A stretch of DNA of 64,000 nt, taken from contig CBFDEM010000011.1 of assembly GCA_965603825.1 (NCBI GenBank), positions 186,001 to 250,000 of the forward strand, written 5' to 3'. A program made the translations under genes and the position numbers. The notes beneath the pieces were generated by a model that did no database searches, had not been told where the DNA came from, and was given only the letters and a program-made list of their open reading frames with translations. Each line of letters opens with the position of its first letter. The stretch's first letter is position 1. Below, piece after piece: positions 22,029 to 35,000 of this stretch. The stretch is from Blepharisma stoltei ATCC 30299. Lineage: Eukaryota; Protista; Ciliophora.

Positions 22029-23928
22029 ATAATTTTATTATTTGATAAGCCTAATGAGTGATGTGACATTTTATCAGTAATTTGTGTTTTTTGAAATTTA
22101 TGATAAAATTTTAAGAACCAGATTCTAAATTAGTCCCGACAAGGTATTGACTATAAAGGCGGTTCAATCGTGAAAATAAAAGAAGAAAAGTTGAATTTTT
22201 TATTTATAAAAAAGCACCTCCAGAAAAGTAAGTTTATCAAAAAAAATAAAAGAAATCTGATACTATTTCATCATTGATACCTCCTTGAATCTCCTTATGG
22301 ACTAACAGTAAGATTTTAGCCTTTTGTAAATTATCAATTATTCAAAGAGATAAATGACAATTTCTAAAGGCAGGCCATATTTTTTGCCTAGTATAATTAA
22401 CTCAATTTCCGAGAATAGTTTTTGTGGGGCCGGACTTGAGAATTTTGCTGTTACGTCACAAATGCTTGTATTTCGCAGCTTTTTCGCAAAATTTATGCTA
22501 AGTGCAAGAAAAAATACATTTATTTATAAAATCATCAAAAAAAGTCCTAATATCAAAATTGGGTATCATTATTAATAGGCTTTCCAGAAAAATTTCCAAT
22601 TAAATCAAGAAAAATACAGGAATTAATCCTCAACGACTGTCGGGAAAGGTGAAATGTTTTTAGACTTTCCGGATAATCTGCAGGTTATATAAAATAATGA
22701 TCAGAATCGAAAAAAGGGAAATGGACTAAACTTGATTTTATACAAAAAAATATATTTCAAAAATGCATTATGAATGGAGTTTTTTATAGCTTCAATGCTT
22801 TAAAAAAAGGAAATAGGTAAAATATTCTAAAATCAGCTTGAGATATTCTTTTAAGATACCAAAGTAGCTTCATATAGCATGATTAATTTTGATTTTTATC
22901 AGTTCATCAGAGATAAGAAGTCTTTATTGCTAGTTGTAAACAAGACAAACTGAAATTTAAAATTTATTTGCCAGTCTATTAAGCATTAGCTTGGGACTAA
23001 ACAGTAACTAATTAATATATAAAATCCTTAGGATAAAACAGCCAAGAGATCATGATTTTAAAAAATCCCTCAAAACTAAAAGAATCGGCCTATAGTCTCA
23101 TATGAGTATTTTCTGTATTGCAATTCTTACACATCACAGTTATTATAAAAAGATAGATAAAATCAGAGATAGATAAAAGTTCCAATCTCAGCATTAATTA
23201 GAGAAGGAAAAATGTTTTAATATATAAACATGTAGAAGCAGTAAAAGGCCTTTCAATAAGAATAGCTAAAGTATCAGATGTCAATTCCCCTTTTTACATT
23301 AATGATATGTGCAATTATTTACTCAAGTAAATTATACCAAAGATCTCTTTTATACTTATTTCATTATTTAGTGAAGTTTTAAAATAAACTCAAAAACAAA
23401 ACTTGAAACATAATAAAAAGCGACGTAAAAATAAAAAAGAGAAGCAATAGTCTAATGGACAGCTAATGCCTTCATAAAATTAGCCAAAATCCAGATTATG
23501 ATGTCATAATAAAACCATAATAATTCAAAGTAAAAGAACTGCACAGATTAAATCAATCGATACGATTTAATAACTGAATAATTCGCCTTAGCAAGTAAAT
23601 AAGGAAAGAGATCAGAAAATTAGCAAAAACATATATGATGAGAGGCTGGAGCTTTAAGAACACTCAATCAAATTTGAATTGCTTCTGGAGTGTTATCTAT
23701 TGCTTTTCAAGCATTGCAATGCAGAATACAAAAAGCAGAAGCTATCACAATATATGAGATTTTCTACTCCTCAATCCAAAAGAAGTAACAATCCTAAGTA
23801 GCTCAAATATAGATATAATTCTCTGGCTTACAGTCTAACTAATTCTCAATAGCATTTATTAATAATTCATACCAAATTTCCTAAACAGTTTTAATTTTGA
23901 TAGCTACTAGCATAAAGATTAAAAAGGA

Positions 23929-24534
23929 ATGGAGGGTTTTGATGAAGAAGTTGATTTAGGCAGCCAAAATGCACAAACTGACGGGCTGATGAATTTTGAA
24001 TTTTCTGCAGGCCAAACCCAAGATCAAGACATCTTCAATGGTTACTCAGACCGGCCTAATCCTTTTGAAAGTGAGCAATCCCACGATATATTTGTCGATG
24101 AATCAAAAGATCCTTTTTACGACCAGCCTGAACCAATTAAAATAGATCCAAATGGGAGACCAGGAGTAATCCAAGACGCTCCTTTATCAGTAGAAGATGC
24201 TGAAGAAATAGAACGTAACAGATTAAGAGACCAAGAAAACCAAGCCCGAATGGCAAAACTCTACGCAAAAGATGAAAAAGAAAGATCAGCCAAGGATGCC
24301 AAAAGAGCACAAGCCAAACAGGAACTTAAGAAATGGTATGAAGATAGAAATAAAATGACAGAAATGAAGAGAGATATGAACAGAGAAGAAGAAACGATGA
24401 AAGCGCAACAGAAAAAGGAGTATACAGATGCGACAAGCTGGAAAAAGGTAGCGTCAATGATTGATTTCAAAGAGGATAGGAAAGATGTGCAGAGAATGAA
24501 ATCGGTGCTTTTAAGTAAAAAAAATGAGGGTTAA
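23929..24534 (+). CDS. Clathrin light chain
   Basis: Acidic N-terminus, coiled coil AKQELKKWYEDR, and C-terminal SWKKVASMIDF...KDVQRMKSVLL. Confidence 0.85.
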   Translation: MEGFDEEVDLGSQNAQTDGLMNFEFSAGQTQDQDIFNGYSDRPNPFESEQSHDIFVDESKDPFYDQPEPIKIDPNGRPGVIQDAPLSVEDAEEIERNRLRDQENQARMAKLYAKDEKERSAKDAKRAQAKQELKKWYEDRNKMTEMKRDMNREEETMKAQQKKEYTDATSWKKVASMIDFKEDRKDVQRMKSVLLSKKNEG

Positions 24535-24665
24535 TACGGATAAGAATATATGGTTTTTCTTGTTTGAGAAAGTTAAGGAATTTAAAAATAGATTTAGATG
24601 CAAGCTATAGTTATTTATAATAATAAGCATATACGTTTATATGGAATTATAAATATTAGACGTAA

Positions 24666-25337
24666 TTAATCATCGATATCCATACCTAATGATAGTCTTA
24701 GCTCAGCAGAAACTTCATATTCTTTTTCAATTTTCATTAAGAAGTCTATCCCAGTTTTCCCTTCTTGTGTAGCGTTTCTAACCTCCCTTACATAATCTGT
24801 TATATCTTCAATCTTCAAAATTGCTGGACCATAAATCCCTTGTGCATACGCTTGAGAAGCTTCCTTTCTAAGCCCAATTTGTATTGCGCGCCTTGTAGTT
24901 TTGCTGCCGTTGGGTCTATGATCTGGATCCCACTGCACAACAACGTTTGAGCTTTTACATTTTTTTGCTGTTTGGTTAGTAAGAACTGCTTGTGAAAGAA
25001 TAGATTCAAACCACTCTCTCCTTAAATAGACTGCTAAAATATGCTCTTGGTTTGGCTTAGTGGCTCAGCCTGATCTGTACATCATTCACAAAAAGTTTGG
25101 CTTAATTCATGTCATCCTTAAAGGCTGAAATGAAGGGTTTTGGGTAGTGAAATCTTGATGGAGAGCAGCTGGATTTGCAATGGTAGAAGAGTAGGCTTGA
25201 TAAACGATAATAAAATTCTCGTTGTAGTGGCTGATTATGTGTTTTCCTCGTTCTGGCCAGTCATGAGTTTTTTGTTCTTCATAAGATTTTAGAGTTAACG
25301 GATCACAATAGGAAACAATACCATTAGATGCTTCCAT
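24666..25337 (-). CDS. DUF4291 family protein
   Basis: IIVYQAY and [30 protein letters not shown] (TGA at 25107, 25086, 25065), then VQWDPDH, RRAIQIGL and IEDITDYV. Confidence 0.85.
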
Positions 25338-25540
25338 ATAAATTATCCTATATTATTCAATATAATATCTGAAAATTTACTTGCATTGAAGAATCCCACA
25401 ATAATAGTTTTAACATATGGACAAGCAATACATTAGCATAAAATATCCCGCAAAAGTAAAAATTAATAATATCTAAGATACAAAATTATATATAAGCCTG
25501 AATTTACAATGATTTGTAGATTTAAGGTTATTTTAAATGT

Positions 25541-26317
25541 TTAGTTTTGAATATCCCCAGCAGAAATGCTAAGATTTTTCTTAACAACTTCACGATTTTT
25601 TCTCTCATCAATGAGTTCTTCAATCGTGACATTCGAGTTTTCGAGACTGGACAGCTCTTGTTTCTTTACATTTATAAGACTTTTCAATCTGTTTTTAATA
25701 CTATTCTCAGTCCTGGTTTTGAGAATTTGCGAAATCTTGCTTCATTTGTTGCCATAGGCTTTGTACAACTCCAATAGCTGTAAGTCCTCTTCATTACTCC
25801 AAGGACCTTTATTTACATTAGGATCGAGATGATTATTCCACCTTTCTTTACACTGCTTTCCAGTCCTCACCTTCAGCCCTTTATGTACTCTTAAGTTTAT
25901 CTCTTTCGCTATAAAACCCCATTTTTTATTTTTCCTTACACTTTCGTTGATGATTTCATCCTCTGGTGCGGACCAGGCACCAGGCCGAAGTGTTCCTGTG
26001 GCTATAATTTCGCGTAATTTACTCAAGCAGTGGGCTGGGGAGCGATTGAGCTGGGTAGCTATGTGGTAGAGATCAGTTTCTTTCAAATCCTCTATAGCTT
26101 TATGTGAATTCTGAGAGAATTCATGGGAAAGCTGATAAAGAAGTTCTATGTGTCGTTTATCCCAAGTTCTTTGGTATTTCTTTTTATTCTCCTCCACCGG
26201 AGGAAATGGTGCTTGTGTCACTGGAACAACCAAACTTTGAAAAAAGGTTGGAAAGTATATGTAATTGCAAGGAACCGGGGATATTAAGCTTTCTTCAGGG
26301 TTATTTTCTCCTTCCAT
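25541..26317 (-). CDS. Myb-repeat transcription factor
   Basis: WSAPEDE, RTGKQCKERWNNHLDPNVNKGPWSNEED, and YGNK-W(TGA 25742)-SKISQILKTRTENSIKNR; TAA at 25541-25543. Confidence 0.92.
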
Positions 26318-26872
26318 TCTAAGATTTAAAGTTCTTTTTATAACCAAACTTAAAATGGGAGATATGCATATTCAAGTAAATTAAAGGTAAGGAGATCATT
26401 GAATTGCATTTAAAAATGTTCCATAGATAAAAATTTTTAATAATAAGTGAAGATTATAAGTTTACTGGCATGCTGTATCTAATTTGAAATTGGAGAGTAA
26501 AATAAATGTCCTCCATTGTTTTGAGAAAAAGGCTCGCGAAACTATTTATTTAAGAGAGGAAATTTAGCTATCGATTTCACTAAAGGAGATTAAAATTAAT
26601 ATTAATATTATCTAAAATAGAACTAATTATTTAATATAAAAAGATAAGATAAGGGATGATATCATTTTTAATACAATAAATTAAATTTCTTTGTTCAAGA
26701 AATTTAATTCAGCTGAGAGAATATTTTTAAATGCAAAAAAAATATGAATCCTGAACCCAGAAGATAAGATATTATCGTTTTACAAGTAAATATGGTAAAA
26801 TCTTAATCATTTTGGGATTTTATATTTCTATTTTATAATTAAATTGATAAAGTAAATTTTTAACCCAATTAT

Positions 26873-27454
26873 CTAACCAAAAAATGCTTCAGAAGCTTTT
26901 TGGTAAGACGGATCAGGTAAATCTGATTTTACGTTTGCTTTAGAAACGCTTGGGGTTATATTTGAAAATGGCTTCGATTTTTTCAATGCATTTGATATCA
27001 TTTCTGAGTGGTCTTTGCCTTTGAAAATATTAGGTCTTTGGATTTTATAGTCTACAAAGTTTTCTCGTATATAACTTGATTGAGAATTTATGCTGGCATC
27101 GCTATAATTCACTCCAATGATGGGGTCAACCGCTCTTAGCCTTGGCTTGTTCTTATAAAATCTCGGGGAGTTTATCGGAAAATTATATTTTCCAGGACTA
27201 AGTGACTGAGAATTATTAATTCGAAGCAGCCCACTTCTAGCAAGAGGGCTTCTAGGGTAATTTGCTGGAATTCCTTGTTCAGGAATTGGCTCTTTTGTTG
27301 ATCTTGGCATAAACTTTTCCATATATGATGAGCTTCTTTTGCTTATTGATGGTGGAATTTCAATCGAAGCATTTGGAGATGAGTAGAAAGGAGAGTGGGT
27401 TATTGGATTGTAGTCATGAATTTTGGGACTGGACTTTGTGTATACTGCGTTCAT
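26873..27454 (-). CDS. Hypothetical S/P-rich protein
   Basis: 193-aa ORF with YNPITH and VDPIIG motifs, of the kind seen in ciliary microtubule-binding low-complexity proteins (inference). Confidence 0.7.
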   Translation of the reverse strand: MNAVYTKSSPKIHDYNPITHSPFYSSPNASIEIPPSISKRSSSYMEKFMPRSTKEPIPEQGIPANYPRSPLARSGLLRINNSQSLSPGKYNFPINSPRFYKNKPRLRAVDPIIGVNYSDASINSQSSYIRENFVDYKIQRPNIFKGKDHSEMISNALKKSKPFSNITPSVSKANVKSDLPDPSYQKASEAFFG

Positions 27455-27719
27455 GTATAATATTTATTAAGCTTTAATGATTAAAAGCAGGAAATTAGAG
27501 CTCAATGTAGCGTTTTCATTACACTTTATAAAAGACATTGAAGTACATCGTAAGTGCGATTTTTTTATATACTTTGATAAAACATATCAAGAATAAATAT
27601 TTAGAATTAGGAATGAAGACTAAACGATACTTATAATTAAATATCTATTTGTTTGTAGGTAATCTAATCTTATAAGCTACCTTAATGCAAATATATTTTA
27701 GGAAAGTTACTATTAAGTA

Positions 27720-28559
27720 ATGGCTGAGTTAAAGAAACCTGGATCAAAATCAAGCCTATCAAGAGCAATTGAATCAGTTTACTCCCATAAAGGCTTGACC
27801 AACGTAAATAGTGCTTTTATTGAATCCAAGATCAATGAAATGCATAAAATAAAAAAATTTATCCGAAAAGAGTTTTTCTCTGATGCATTACAAGTAGGCA
27901 GCTACTTTTCCAAGCCAGAAAAATCAAAAAAGCCAAAGAAAAAAGATCATTTTATTCCTATAACTTCATTTGCTTCAACAGGCGTTGGCGCTTATCATTT
28001 ATACTCGGCACGAGCTTTGCCTTCTCAATTTTTAAAAACTCCTGTAAGAGTTATAAATAAGCTCACCAAAAAAATTTATGAAGAGCCCAAAATAGTGCCT
28101 TTTCCATTAAATTTGCCAATTAAAGGTAAGCAAAAGCACCATGCAAATCCGTTTTCATTAACTAAAAACCAAGATGCTTGCCCAATTTTAACAGTAGAAA
28201 ACTATAATGCCGGAAGAGTCTGCACAACAGAGCCAAGCCCAAGGCCAAAAATAAGCTTTGGAGAAACTATGAGTTCAGAAAATAATAATTTTGCTGCGAC
28301 ATTCCACTCATCAATTAAGCCACAAACTAGTTCTGGCATCAGGTCACCAGAGTCCATATGTATGGAAATCTCAGAATCCTGCAATGATTTACTACAGCTT
28401 AACAAGCAAAGCAAGAAAATGATTGCAAGAAAAACAAGAATGCTAAAGCGAGGCATGAATCGATGTAAAAGCTACACAAAAATGATTACTCAGAGCAACA
28501 AAAGAGCAAGCTACTACCTTTTGCATCAGCAATACACAAGCTCTGAAAGGCCAAATTAA
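27720..28559 (+). CDS. Hypothetical basic low-complexity protein
   Basis: 279-aa uninterrupted ORF. Confidence 0.72.
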   Translation: MAELKKPGSKSSLSRAIESVYSHKGLTNVNSAFIESKINEMHKIKKFIRKEFFSDALQVGSYFSKPEKSKKPKKKDHFIPITSFASTGVGAYHLYSARALPSQFLKTPVRVINKLTKKIYEEPKIVPFPLNLPIKGKQKHHANPFSLTKNQDACPILTVENYNAGRVCTTEPSPRPKISFGETMSSENNNFAATFHSSIKPQTSSGIRSPESICMEISESCNDLLQLNKQSKKMIARKTRMLKRGMNRCKSYTKMITQSNKRASYYLLHQQYTSSERPN

Positions 28560-28586
28560 TACCAAAATAATTAATTATGTGAATAT

Positions 28587-30215
28587 TTAGGCAACTTTGT
28601 AGATCTCAATATTGAATATAGAGAACTCACTGTTTTTAAATAATTGCTTGGAATTAAATGCTGTAGATTCGTTAGATATACCTGTAATCATACCTGGGCA
28701 TATTTGGAAAATAATGTTTCTATATAAAAATTACCCTTCTTGTGATAAAACTGAAAAACCGATTTTCATGTTGGCTCTGATTCTAATCGCTTCGTCTTCT
28801 TTATGACTATACGCGACTTTTTCAGGTCTTATACTGAACAGTTTGCATTCGGAGCTACACATTTCCATATCATTTTCTATAGTCCTATCTAAAAATATCC
28901 CTATCGCATAGTTTTTTTTGGTTTCGACTAAAATTATTATTGGGGAATCGCTATTAATAATGCTACTCATAAACTTTGCCGAATCCAATCCATTTGAAGT
29001 TATAGAGTACATTAAGCTCATTCTGTGCTTTAAAAATAATTTTGGAATCAGCGTGCAAAGATTATGGATCTATATAGAAATTACGTCTTCTTGAGTTTTC
29101 ATTATTGCAGAAGCTCCATCGAAGTAAGGGACATAATTAAAAACATCGCTGTCCGTCGCGACAGATGAAGTTTCAGTGGCATCAGGCTTGCCAAAATTGA
29201 TTTTAAAGGCTTTCTATATGTAAATTACTTTGAGGATTTTAAAAATTGCGATTTGAGTTCTGGCATAAGATTTCCAATCCGGAATTGTTTTATTTCCATC
29301 CCTAAGCTCTTCACATCTTTTTAGTGCCAAATATACGATTGCAGTTGTGAACTTCATGACTGACCCAATTCCATCAGCTAGAAAATTCATCAAAATCAAT
29401 GGATAAAAGGAAGGCGATATATACCCAATTAGCATGTTAAACGCAATATCTTTAATAACTTCTTCGATTTTCTTATCAGCGATTTCAACGTCTTTTAGCA
29501 TTTCTTTGACTTTTCTCAAAATATTCTTAACGATCCTTTTATGCTTTATAACTGTTAACGGGAAATGAAATGTGAATTTTGGACAATTTTCTCTGTATCG
29601 TGACTCTGCAATTAAAACTTGGATAATTTGATAAGTTTCGTGCTCCTTCATAAACCAGAGCAAAGCCTGAACAACCCTAGGCAATATTAAGCAGGCTTCT
29701 ATATCAGTCGATTTTTTATGAATTACATATAAAATCGTTTTACAAACGGTAGCCCCTTGAAATGTTAAGAAACAATTCATCAAATCTTTTCTCCCAAACA
29801 AAGGCTCAGCACTTGGAGGAAGCTCAGAGAAGTTTAATTCGGGATCCAAGTTGTTTGTGTAGTCATAATATTCTGTTTTAGCAATCTCGTTGTCAAATGT
29901 AATTAATTTGCTTATAACATTTCGAATTAAATAGTTTGGCACTCCTTTTCTGATATCTAGGCAGAGCTGCATGTACGCGGAGTTGTTAAATTGAGGGGTG
30001 GTTGATGATCCTTCTAAGAAATTCTGATTAAGATTAATATCTTTCCATCCTTGGTACAGGGCTTTCTGAAAGAAGGTATAATTTTCATATTCGATGTTAC
30101 GATGATAGCTAGCCCAATCAAAGTAATCATTCCCAATAAACCATTCTTCAGTCACAATTGCGGCTAAGTTTTCCTGAATGTCACTGTATTGATTTTTTGT
30201 ACAGCAGTTTCCCAT
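28587..30215 (-). CDS. TBC-like + TLDc domain protein (TBC1D24/Skywalker-like architecture), N-acylated (MGNCC)
   Basis: IRKGVPNYLIR and LLWFMKEHETY in the TBC-like part. Three 15-nt introns join the TLDc part (LMYSITSNG...IILVET...IGIF...KLFSIRP...IEIYKV). Confidence 0.8.
28720..28734 (-). other. 15-nt intron GTAATTTTTATATAG (phase 2)
   Basis: Removal restores the TLDc C-terminus ending FSIFNIEIYKVA*. Confidence 0.85.
29070..29084 (-). other. 15-nt intron GTAATTTCTATATAG
   Basis: Contains an in-frame TAG; removal links to the 28731-29021 ORF. Confidence 0.87.
29214..29228 (-). other. 15-nt intron GTAATTTACATATAG
   Basis: Its in-frame TAG ends the 333-aa ORF; removal continues KAFKINFG. 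Confidence 0.87.
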
Positions 30216-30425
30216 ATATTTTAATGACCGTTATTTTGAACTAACATTATCAGATCCTTAAATAAATAATTATAGAAATTTTATCCAAAAAATTTAAATT
30301 TTTTTTATATTGGTTGAAATTCTTGAGCTTTTAAGTTCATTTTTATTTACTATGTCATTATCTCAAGCATTTTTATCCTGATCTATTTCAAGATTCATAT
30401 AATATATATAAATAGACATATTCAT

Positions 30426-31550
30426 ATGAACTCGACCGGAATGTATTGTTTATGCAGTGTCATCATGAAGTCTTTGACGTGGTCAAGAGATTCTCATGGC
30501 CTCTTTGACTATGAGTCAAGAAATATCCTCAAAAGAAACCTAAAAGCATACGGGCCATGCGAAGTTTTAAGAAAAGGAAACGAAGTGACTCTTTGCACTT
30601 CCCAGAGCGGCATTTCACAGTTTACAGCTGAATCTCTCCCACTTGCTTCACTACTTCAGACAGAGACAGGCTTGTTTTATGTGAAACCAGCAGAAAATGA
30701 GCAGCTTTGACTAGTGGTGAGATCATATAAACAACCCGGCTTAGAAAATGGTTTTCAGCTCTCAGAAGGTGACGTTGTGAAATTTGGACGTGTAAGATTT
30801 CGAATAAGATCCCTTAAAACCAATCCTTCAATAGACACTGACTCTTTCGATGAAGAAGCCTTAATAATAGACTCAAGCCTAGAAAGCGAAAACAAAATTT
30901 GCCGAATTTGCCTTTCAGATGGCAGTGAGCCTGACAACCCTATGATTTCTCCTTGCAAATGCTCAGGATCAGTCAAGCATATACACCTCTTGTGCCTTGT
31001 CAGATGGATTACTTCAAGACTGGCAATAAAAGCTGATGACAACTTGCACTCTTATTATTGGAAATCGGTGGACTGTGAAATATGCAAGCATGCCTTTCCA
31101 ATGACTATTAATCACCAAGGGAGGATGAATGAGCTTTTTCCAATTGAAAAACCTTCAGAACCTTATGTGATTTTAGAAGAAATCAGTAAGGAAAGGAGCA
31201 GCAAGTCTATTCATGTGATACATTTAAAAAATAAAGACTCAGTTAGGCTTGGAAGAGGGCATGAGAGCGAGGTTAGAGTTTCGGATATTTCAGTATCTAG
31301 ATGCCATGCTGTTATTTCCTATAGAAATGGGAACTTTTATTTAGAAGACAATAAGTCCAAATTTGGAACACTTGTGGAAGTCTCAGAAGGGTATGCTTTG
31401 GAGCAAAATTCGCAAATCGCTATGCAGGTTGGGAGGACTGTTATTTCATTTTCAATTAAAGGTGAAGGTCAAAGTCATGTAAACGAGTTGGAGTCTTTGA
31501 ACATGTCGCTGGATGAAACTGTTGCGGATCCAGATTTTGAAGAAGATTAA
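30426..31550 (+). CDS. FHA + RINGv (C4HC3) + FHA E3 ligase-like protein
   Basis: Joined through TGA 30708-30710 (EQL-W-LVVRS). LSEGDVVKFGRVRF; CRIC...PCKCSGSVKHIHLLCL..W...CEICK; LGRGHE..VSDISVSRCHA..DNKSKFGT. Confidence 0.9.
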
Positions 31551-32044
31551 TTAAGTTTGTTTTCTTTGGTGAATAAATCAGGCTTCAGCTGATTTTTTTA
31601 AATAAGAAATTATTTATGCAATATAATCAAGAAAATATTTAAGCACAAGTATGTGCTTTGCATATAATAGTTTTTATTACCTCAGTTCAATTCAAAAAAT
31701 ACATTTGGATTCACCTATATTGTCTCAATTATATACTAAGCATGCCTTAAAAATTTTGAATAATTAATCTACACTGATAAAGACAAAAAAACAGAATAAT
31801 GATATTTTTATTAGCCTTTTGCCAATAATTACTAACACTCAATTCTTATTTTTCTTTTCGACATTCCTATAATATTTACAACTATAAAAACTTTTATCTA
31901 AAAAATCCAAAATATATTAACAAATACCTATTTCTCATTTTCATCAATCTTAAAATTCAATTTATTATCAAATGATACTGCACCATTAAAAGCGCGAATT
32001 TCATACACATTATCTACTAATTTGAAAACTTCTTAAAACAAAAA

Positions 32045-35000
32045 ATGAGCCAAAGAAAGAATTTGAATGATGATCTTGAATCAGGCTACAAATCCCCTCT
32101 GTCACCTATTTCAGCAACAGAGAGTCCTCGGCAATTTCAATATATCGATGAGCCAATCCCATTAGTCCACAATTCCCCAGATGGAAATTCCTTTGAAATC
32201 AATCCAGATGCAATAGCGTTCTTATCTTCACTGTCATCTCCAATCGCTATTATAGGCGTTGCAGGCATGTACAGAACTGGGAAGTCATACCTCCTGAATC
32301 GAGTTTTATTAGACCGAAAAGGCGGCTTTGGTGTAGGACCATCAATTAATCCTTGTACTAAAGGAATTTGGCTGTGGGGAAGACCTATTCCAGGCACGAC
32401 TGAGGATGGCAAACCCTGTTCAATCGTGGTCTTGGACTCAGAAGGTATTGGAGCTCTTGATGAAGACTCAGATCATGATACGAGGATTTTTTCACTGGCC
32501 TTATTGGTTAGCTCATGCTTTGTTTACAACTCAGTTGGGGCTATTGATGAAAGTGCGCTTCAAAACTTGTCACTGGTGGTGAATTTGACAAAACATATTC
32601 ATATTAAGACCAGGCAGTCTGAGGAGACAGATAGTGAAGAATATGCAGCCTATATGCCAAGCTTTATATGGATTTTAAGAGATTTTGCACTTCAGCTGGT
32701 TGACGCAGAAGGAGAAAGCATGACGTCTAAAGAGTATCTTGAAAAAGCTTTGCAGCCTCAAAAAGGGTTTTCTGACTCTATTGAAGATAAAAACAGAATC
32801 CGAAGACTCCTTAAAGAATTCTTTAAGGACCGAGATTGTTTTACCCTTGTTCGCCCTACAATCCACGAAGGAGATCTCCAAAATCTAGAAGAAAAACCAT
32901 TAGAAAGCTTAAGGGCAGAATTCCAAGAACAAGTTATTCAGCTAAGAAAAAGAGTAATCGGAAGAATAAAGCCTAAAACAGTCAACAACAAATGCTTGAA
33001 TGGAGAAATGCTCGCAAACTTAGTGAAAAACTATATAGAAGCCATCAATATTGGAGTCGTTCCTAATATAGAAAGCGCTTGGAATTATATTTGTAAAACT
33101 GAATGTACCAAAGCTGTCGAAGACGCCCACGACATTTATGAAAAAATTTTAATGAGTAGTGTTTCCCATAGATTCCCTATAAATGAAGAAGACTTAAAGC
33201 TATTGCATAAAGAAGCTAAAGAAGCAGCAATGGAGCATTTCAATAAAATTGCTGTAGGAACTGATAGAGAAGTGTATTTAAAACAGCTGAAAGAAACCCT
33301 TGCACAGAAATATGACGGCCTTAAAGCTGATAATGAATTAGAAGCTCAAAGAAAATGCGAAAAATTCTTAACAGATAATTATCAAATTATTGACCAAAAA
33401 TTGAAAAATGGAGAGCTCAAAAGCTTCTTGGATTTTGAAGCAAATTTAAGAAAGCTGCAACAGTATTTTATAGAGCGTGGACCTGATGGGCCTTTTAGAA
33501 ATGAAATTTTATTAGAATTTTGTTTAGCAAAATATTCAGCTGCCAGCGACTTTTTCTTGAAAAACCTTACAAATGAGCTTAATTTGAAGGATCAGCTTAC
33601 AAATGATCAAATTTTGAGGCTTGAAACTGAAGTAAGAGAGGCTAAAGAAGATCTTATGAGAGAAAAAGATGAATGGCATCGAAAATTCACTGCTGCAATC
33701 AGTGAAAAGGCTGAACTTGCTGCAAAAGAGCAAAATCTAAAAGAGCAGCTTCAAAATTTCAAGCAAGAACGAGAACAAGTTGAAAAAGAGCTTCGTGCTA
33801 GCTTGAAAAATGCTAAAAGTGAGCTTATCCAACAAGTAGAAGTCGCCAATAACAAAACTTGGGAATCCGAAGAAAAAGTGAAAGACGCTGAGCGACTTGT
33901 TAACCATAAAGAGGCTGAATTCCAAGAAGCCAAAGCTTTGCTTGACCAGAAAATCAAATATTTAGAATCAAGCTTAGAAGAGTCCAGAAAAAGAGAAAAA
34001 GAATATATGAATGACTTAAAGTCGCAGAAAAAAGACCACACGTCTTCTGTAAAAGATATTCATTCAAGGTTTGAAAATCAGGTGAAAAATTATCAATCCA
34101 GGCTAGAAGCTGAAACTGAAAAAATTTCAGAATTAGAAAGAGAGCTTGAAGAAAAAGAAAATTTATATGAAAGATCAAAATCTAATTGGGAAGAAACTGA
34201 AATTAGACTTAAAGCGGCAAATGATGATTATTTGCAGCAGCTAGAATCTTTAAAAACTAAGCTTGATAGAAAAGAAAATGACACAAAGAAAAAAATAGCT
34301 GAGCTGGTAAAAGAGCATGAAGCTGCAATGAATAAGCTACAGACAAAATATGATGAAGTTGATCAAAAATTCAAGCAAACTGATGAAACTCTTAAAACCC
34401 AACAAGTTCAATGGCAAAAAGAAAACGCTATTTTGGCCCAAAAATTAGAATTTTCTGAGCAGCATTATGAAGAAACAAAATCTCAGCTTGAAGAAGAAAG
34501 AAGACAGCACGCAAACATGCTAAGGTCAATACAAGCCAGCTCAAGTGAAAATGCTCGTGAAGAAGTGGAAACTCAGCTACAAAAATTACGTCAAAAATAT
34601 CTTGAAGACATGAAAGCACAAGAAATAGAAATTGAAAGCACAAAAAGAAAATTCACAGCCCAAGTTGAAGATTTAATGAAAAAAAATGCAGAGCTGGAGT
34701 TCCAGATCAAAGTTGATACAAATGAGTGGAAAAATAAAGAAAAAAATATCCAGGAGGAGCTAATGACTGTGACTGATGATAAAAATAAATTACAAGAGCA
34801 ATGCAATGAACTTCAAAAAAGAATGCAACAGTTCTCAGAAGAAGCTGAAGCAAAATTAAAGAAAAGAATAAAATCATTAGAGTCACAGCTAGACGAGCTA
34901 AGAACCAAAACTAATGATGAACTGCAAGCTGCAAATGCAAGAGCTGAAAGTTCTTATCAGCAGCTAAAAGAGTTTTATGAAGAAGAAAAGAAAAGAATGG

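Noticed and set aside
22354-22575. 73-aa plus-strand ORF
   Set aside because: No motif; the opposite strand looks more protein-like and the region appears decayed.
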